This document shows positions 17,402 through 20,000 of a stretch of 20,000 nucleotides of DNA, piece after piece. Below the pieces are notes generated by a model. That model had not been told where the DNA came from, searched no databases, and saw only the letters and a list, made by a program, of their open reading frames with translations. The position numbers were made by a program, and so were the translations under genes. Origin of the DNA: Craspedostauros australis (Eukaryota); NCBI GenBank assembly GCA_030167865.1, contig JALAGF010000415.1, positions 55,022 to 75,021 of the forward strand, in the 5' to 3' direction. Each line of letters opens with the position of its first letter. The stretch's first letter is position 1.

Positions 17402-19300
17402 TCAACCCCACGCATCTGGCTCCGATTCATCTCCTTCGGTCCGCATGGCTGCGCCTGATGGAAGTTGGGTTGCTGTTCCTGATTCGTCTTTGTTCTTGTC
17501 GTTGTCTTTGCTTTCATTTTGCTTCTGCTTCTGCTGGGCTTCCACGCGACTGCTGAAGTCACAAAGCAGCGCGACCACCGTGGTGAACCCGTGGATGTGT
17601 GCGCGCCCATCAATCGACGCGTCCGCGGCACTGCCGCCCTTGTTGCTGAGCTTTGAGACCCCGACCGGACCGATCTCGCCGTTCGCAAAGAAACCAGCGA
17701 CAGGATTCATCACCTTCACGCCGTCGTTCGCGTTGCTGCCTGAAGCAACATTTCTCGATGTCTCGGCACCGGTATCACTCTTCGCACTGCCCATCCCGAC
17801 ACCCAACAGCTGATTCACTTGTTCCAAATCCACGTCAGGCTGCTGGAACAGTGACTTGCCACGGCCAACACAGGATATTTGCAAGGCTGCGAGCGGGACG
17901 CCAGCCACGTCCGCACCAGCGAACAGGCGTTCCGTCTTGGTTCGTTGGACCATGACGCGCATGTCATCCATCGCTGCTGGGGCATCTCGGATGTGAAATT
18001 GGAAACTGTCACCATTCCTCAGCTCGTGCACTCCGATCAAGATGGAGCCTTTAGCCGCACCAGATGGCACGAAGCCAACAATCATCCGGATTAGGTAGTC
18101 CTGCGGTGATTGACTCGAACTGCGCCTCCCACTGCCGGCATCATCCGCATCGTCGTAAGACTGCGACGGCATTTCTGGACTGGGCTCAATCCCGCACAAG
18201 ATGCCGCCCTGCTCCATCAGCTGCTGCTCTTCCAGTGACATCTCGGAGATCAACCCCTGCAGCTGCTCGTACGCAGGCTTCCCGTCCAAGGACGTGAGGA
18301 TATTGTTGGCTGCTGACGTGATGGTGTAGGTTGGGCCGATGGGACGGCATCCCTGCGCGACGATCGATTGAATCCCGACGGTGCCAATCAGCGACATGCC
18401 CGCTGCTGAACCGTGCGGCAATACTCGACCGTTGATCGAGATCGTCGGCAACGTCGATTGGTCCTGTGTCATCGACGGGAATGATATGCCGCCGATGACA
18501 ACTTCGCCAGCGCTGGCGTGGCTGTCAGCGCCTACCCTGTCTTCGTTTTCTCGATGGGCCCCGGAGGTTGAGAGCAGACGCAGCAGATCTTCTGTGTGGG
18601 CGCACCAAGGATCGACGAACAGGATGTGACTTGCGGTGGATGTTGCCGTGCTGATGATGCCTTTGGATGTCGTGTGCACATACTCCTTCTGCTTCAGCCA
18701 CTCTGAAGTCCACGACGGTAGAGCGTCGTCGGATTCCATGGAGAACGGTATGGCTCTGGCCGATGACGGAAGGATCCCAGCAAGCATGGTCATGACAGGT
18801 GGTCCGAATGGATCGTCAAACTCCTTGCCTCCACCGATCACACCGCCACCAACAACAGCAATCACGTGTGTGTTCTCGCTCTCCACCTTGGAGTCGGCGA
18901 GCTGGGCGATAGCTCGGAACTCCGCCACGTGGGCCTGACCGACGAACAGGAAGACCAGACCTTGTTCGTCCATCTCGTCATCCGGCGTTTCCAAATCTTC
19001 AAACAGCTCATTCAGAGCATCGATGCCATTCTTTTGTCGTGACACGCTGGAATGCCAATACAGACGGGTTGATGAAGACCCGCGAGCTGGATGGGATGGC
19101 TGAACGCGCGCCCTTGATTGATAGACACCATTGGTGCTTGCCAAGGAAGTAACGGCTTCGAAAGAGGGGAGTGTTCCATGCGGCGTGATTGAAGGAAGGG
19201 CGGTGGTGAAAGCTTCGGCAGCATGGTGCGTCCGAAGTAGGATACTCACACACATCACGACCAAAGTTGACATGAAATGTGATCTTTGCACCTTCCTCAT
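17402..19300 (-). CDS. FIST-domain protein (FIST_N + FIST_C; NosP-like small-ligand or heme sensor), probably plastid-targeted
   Basis: FIST motifs GGGVIGGGKE, LFVDPW, VIGGIS, VAQGCRPIGPTYTIT...NILTSLDGKPA, YLIRMIVG, GDSFQFHIRDA, SCVGRGKSLF, GFFANGEIGPVG, HGFTTVVALL. Start is uncertain: ATGs at 19420, 19300 and 19273 among others, and the ORF track starts at TTG 19549. 19300 or 19273 gives a signal peptide ending AEA|F. Confidence 0.85.
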   Translation of the reverse strand: MRKVQRSHFMSTLVVMCVSILLRTHHAAEAFTTALPSITPHGTLPSFEAVTSLASTNGVYQSRARVQPSHPARGSSSTRLYWHSSVSRQKNGIDALNELFEDLETPDDEMDEQGLVFLFVGQAHVAEFRAIAQLADSKVESENTHVIAVVGGGVIGGGKEFDDPFGPPVMTMLAGILPSSARAIPFSMESDDALPSWTSEWLKQKEYVHTTSKGIISTATSTASHILFVDPWCAHTEDLLRLLSTSGAHRENEDRVGADSHASAGEVVIGGISFPSMTQDQSTLPTISINGRVLPHGSAAGMSLIGTVGIQSIVAQGCRPIGPTYTITSAANNILTSLDGKPAYEQLQGLISEMSLEEQQLMEQGGILCGIEPSPEMPSQSYDDADDAGSGRRSSSQSPQDYLIRMIVGFVPSGAAKGSILIGVHELRNGDSFQFHIRDAPAAMDDMRVMVQRTKTERLFAGADVAGVPLAALQISCVGRGKSLFQQPDVDLEQVNQLLGVGMGSAKSDTGAETSRNVASGSNANDGVKVMNPVAGFFANGEIGPVGVSKLSNKGGSAADASIDGRAHIHGFTTVVALLCDFSSRVEAQQKQKQNESKDNDKNKDESGTATQLPSGAAMRTEGDESEPDAWG

Positions 19301-20000
19301 CTGTTTCTTCGTTTTTACTGAAGTCGTCATGGCTATCGCTGTCGTTGTTGGCGTCGTTGTTGTCAATATCATCATCTTGGATGAGATGGGCCATCTCGCT
19401 ATCACGGTCGCCAGCACCATTGCTGCTGTCGTTACGATCTCACTTTCCTTCGGCTTTCGACGGCAATGTGGGGTGGATCTTTGCAGACGTTCTGATCTCG
19501 GTTGTCTTGGATGGAAGCATGATGCCAACACTTTCACGTGTTCAGACAAAGAGAAGCGTGCGAATGATGTGATGTTTGGACACCGAAATCGATGATGTGC
19601 TCTATGTAATCGGATTAGTCAAACCGCCCAAATCGGCATCTTTGCATTGATATTTTGTGAGTGACACTTGATGATGTCATTCTCGTATCGCATTGTTGGA
19701 GTCTGTAGGGAGATATCGCATGTAAAATGAAGCCACCCCTGGAACCTGTCGTGGTGACAACTAGTGGGGAGCTGTCCCCAAATGTTCGCGTTCGCGTTGG
19801 ATCTTGGAGGGACTGAAACAATCAATTTAATCATACAATGACGTCATCAATACTGTCTAGCCTAATCTATGCTGTTGAGTAGCCTTCCTCGGTGGAAGAC
19901 TATGACAACAGGAAGTTCCTTCCTCTCCACTTGTTGTTTCCATTCACAGCAAACAAAAATGAATGCTCAACGCTTCCACATGCATGTTCGTGCTTGTTGG

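Noticed and set aside
6894-19300. Bacterial-like operon or HGT island (PqiA + FIST, same strand, apparently intronless)
   Set aside because: Both genes carry eukaryotic targeting peptides, are 1.76 kb apart with microsatellite-rich spacers, and sit next to an intron-containing gene; no evidence of functional linkage.
19301-19549. N-terminal extension of the FIST ORF to TTG 19549 or ATG 19420
   Set aside because: The non-ATG start and (ACA/ACG)n Thr-run look like 5' UTR, and the extension would bury the signal peptide. Not fully excluded.

Overview
Eukaryotic, gene-dense, moderately GC-rich DNA, most consistent with a diatom or other stramenopile. This is inferred from a GT-AG intron, a bipartite 'A-E-A|F' plastid-targeting presequence, RxL pro-peptide motifs and a diatom-style LRR protein. 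Three protein-coding genes are supported. (1) A two-exon type II membrane LRR receptor-like protein on + (join 570..4778, 5159..6106; ~1718 aa) with a ~1170-aa disordered N-terminus and no kinase. (2) An uninterrupted 2915-aa membrane protein on - (6894..15641): signal peptide, an N-terminal BPI/LBP (TULIP)-like domain, three ~610-670-aa tandem repeats each built of two homologous halves, one TM helix, then two PqiA/LetA-like membrane domains. This is the most interesting object, a candidate single-chain lipid-transport bridge. (3) A probably plastid-targeted FIST-domain (NosP-like) sensor protein on - (17402..~19300). Intergenic DNA holds microsatellites and a recurring TACGAG motif. No RNA genes, CRISPR arrays or mobile elements were recognised. 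All domain calls are by eye, not from database searches.
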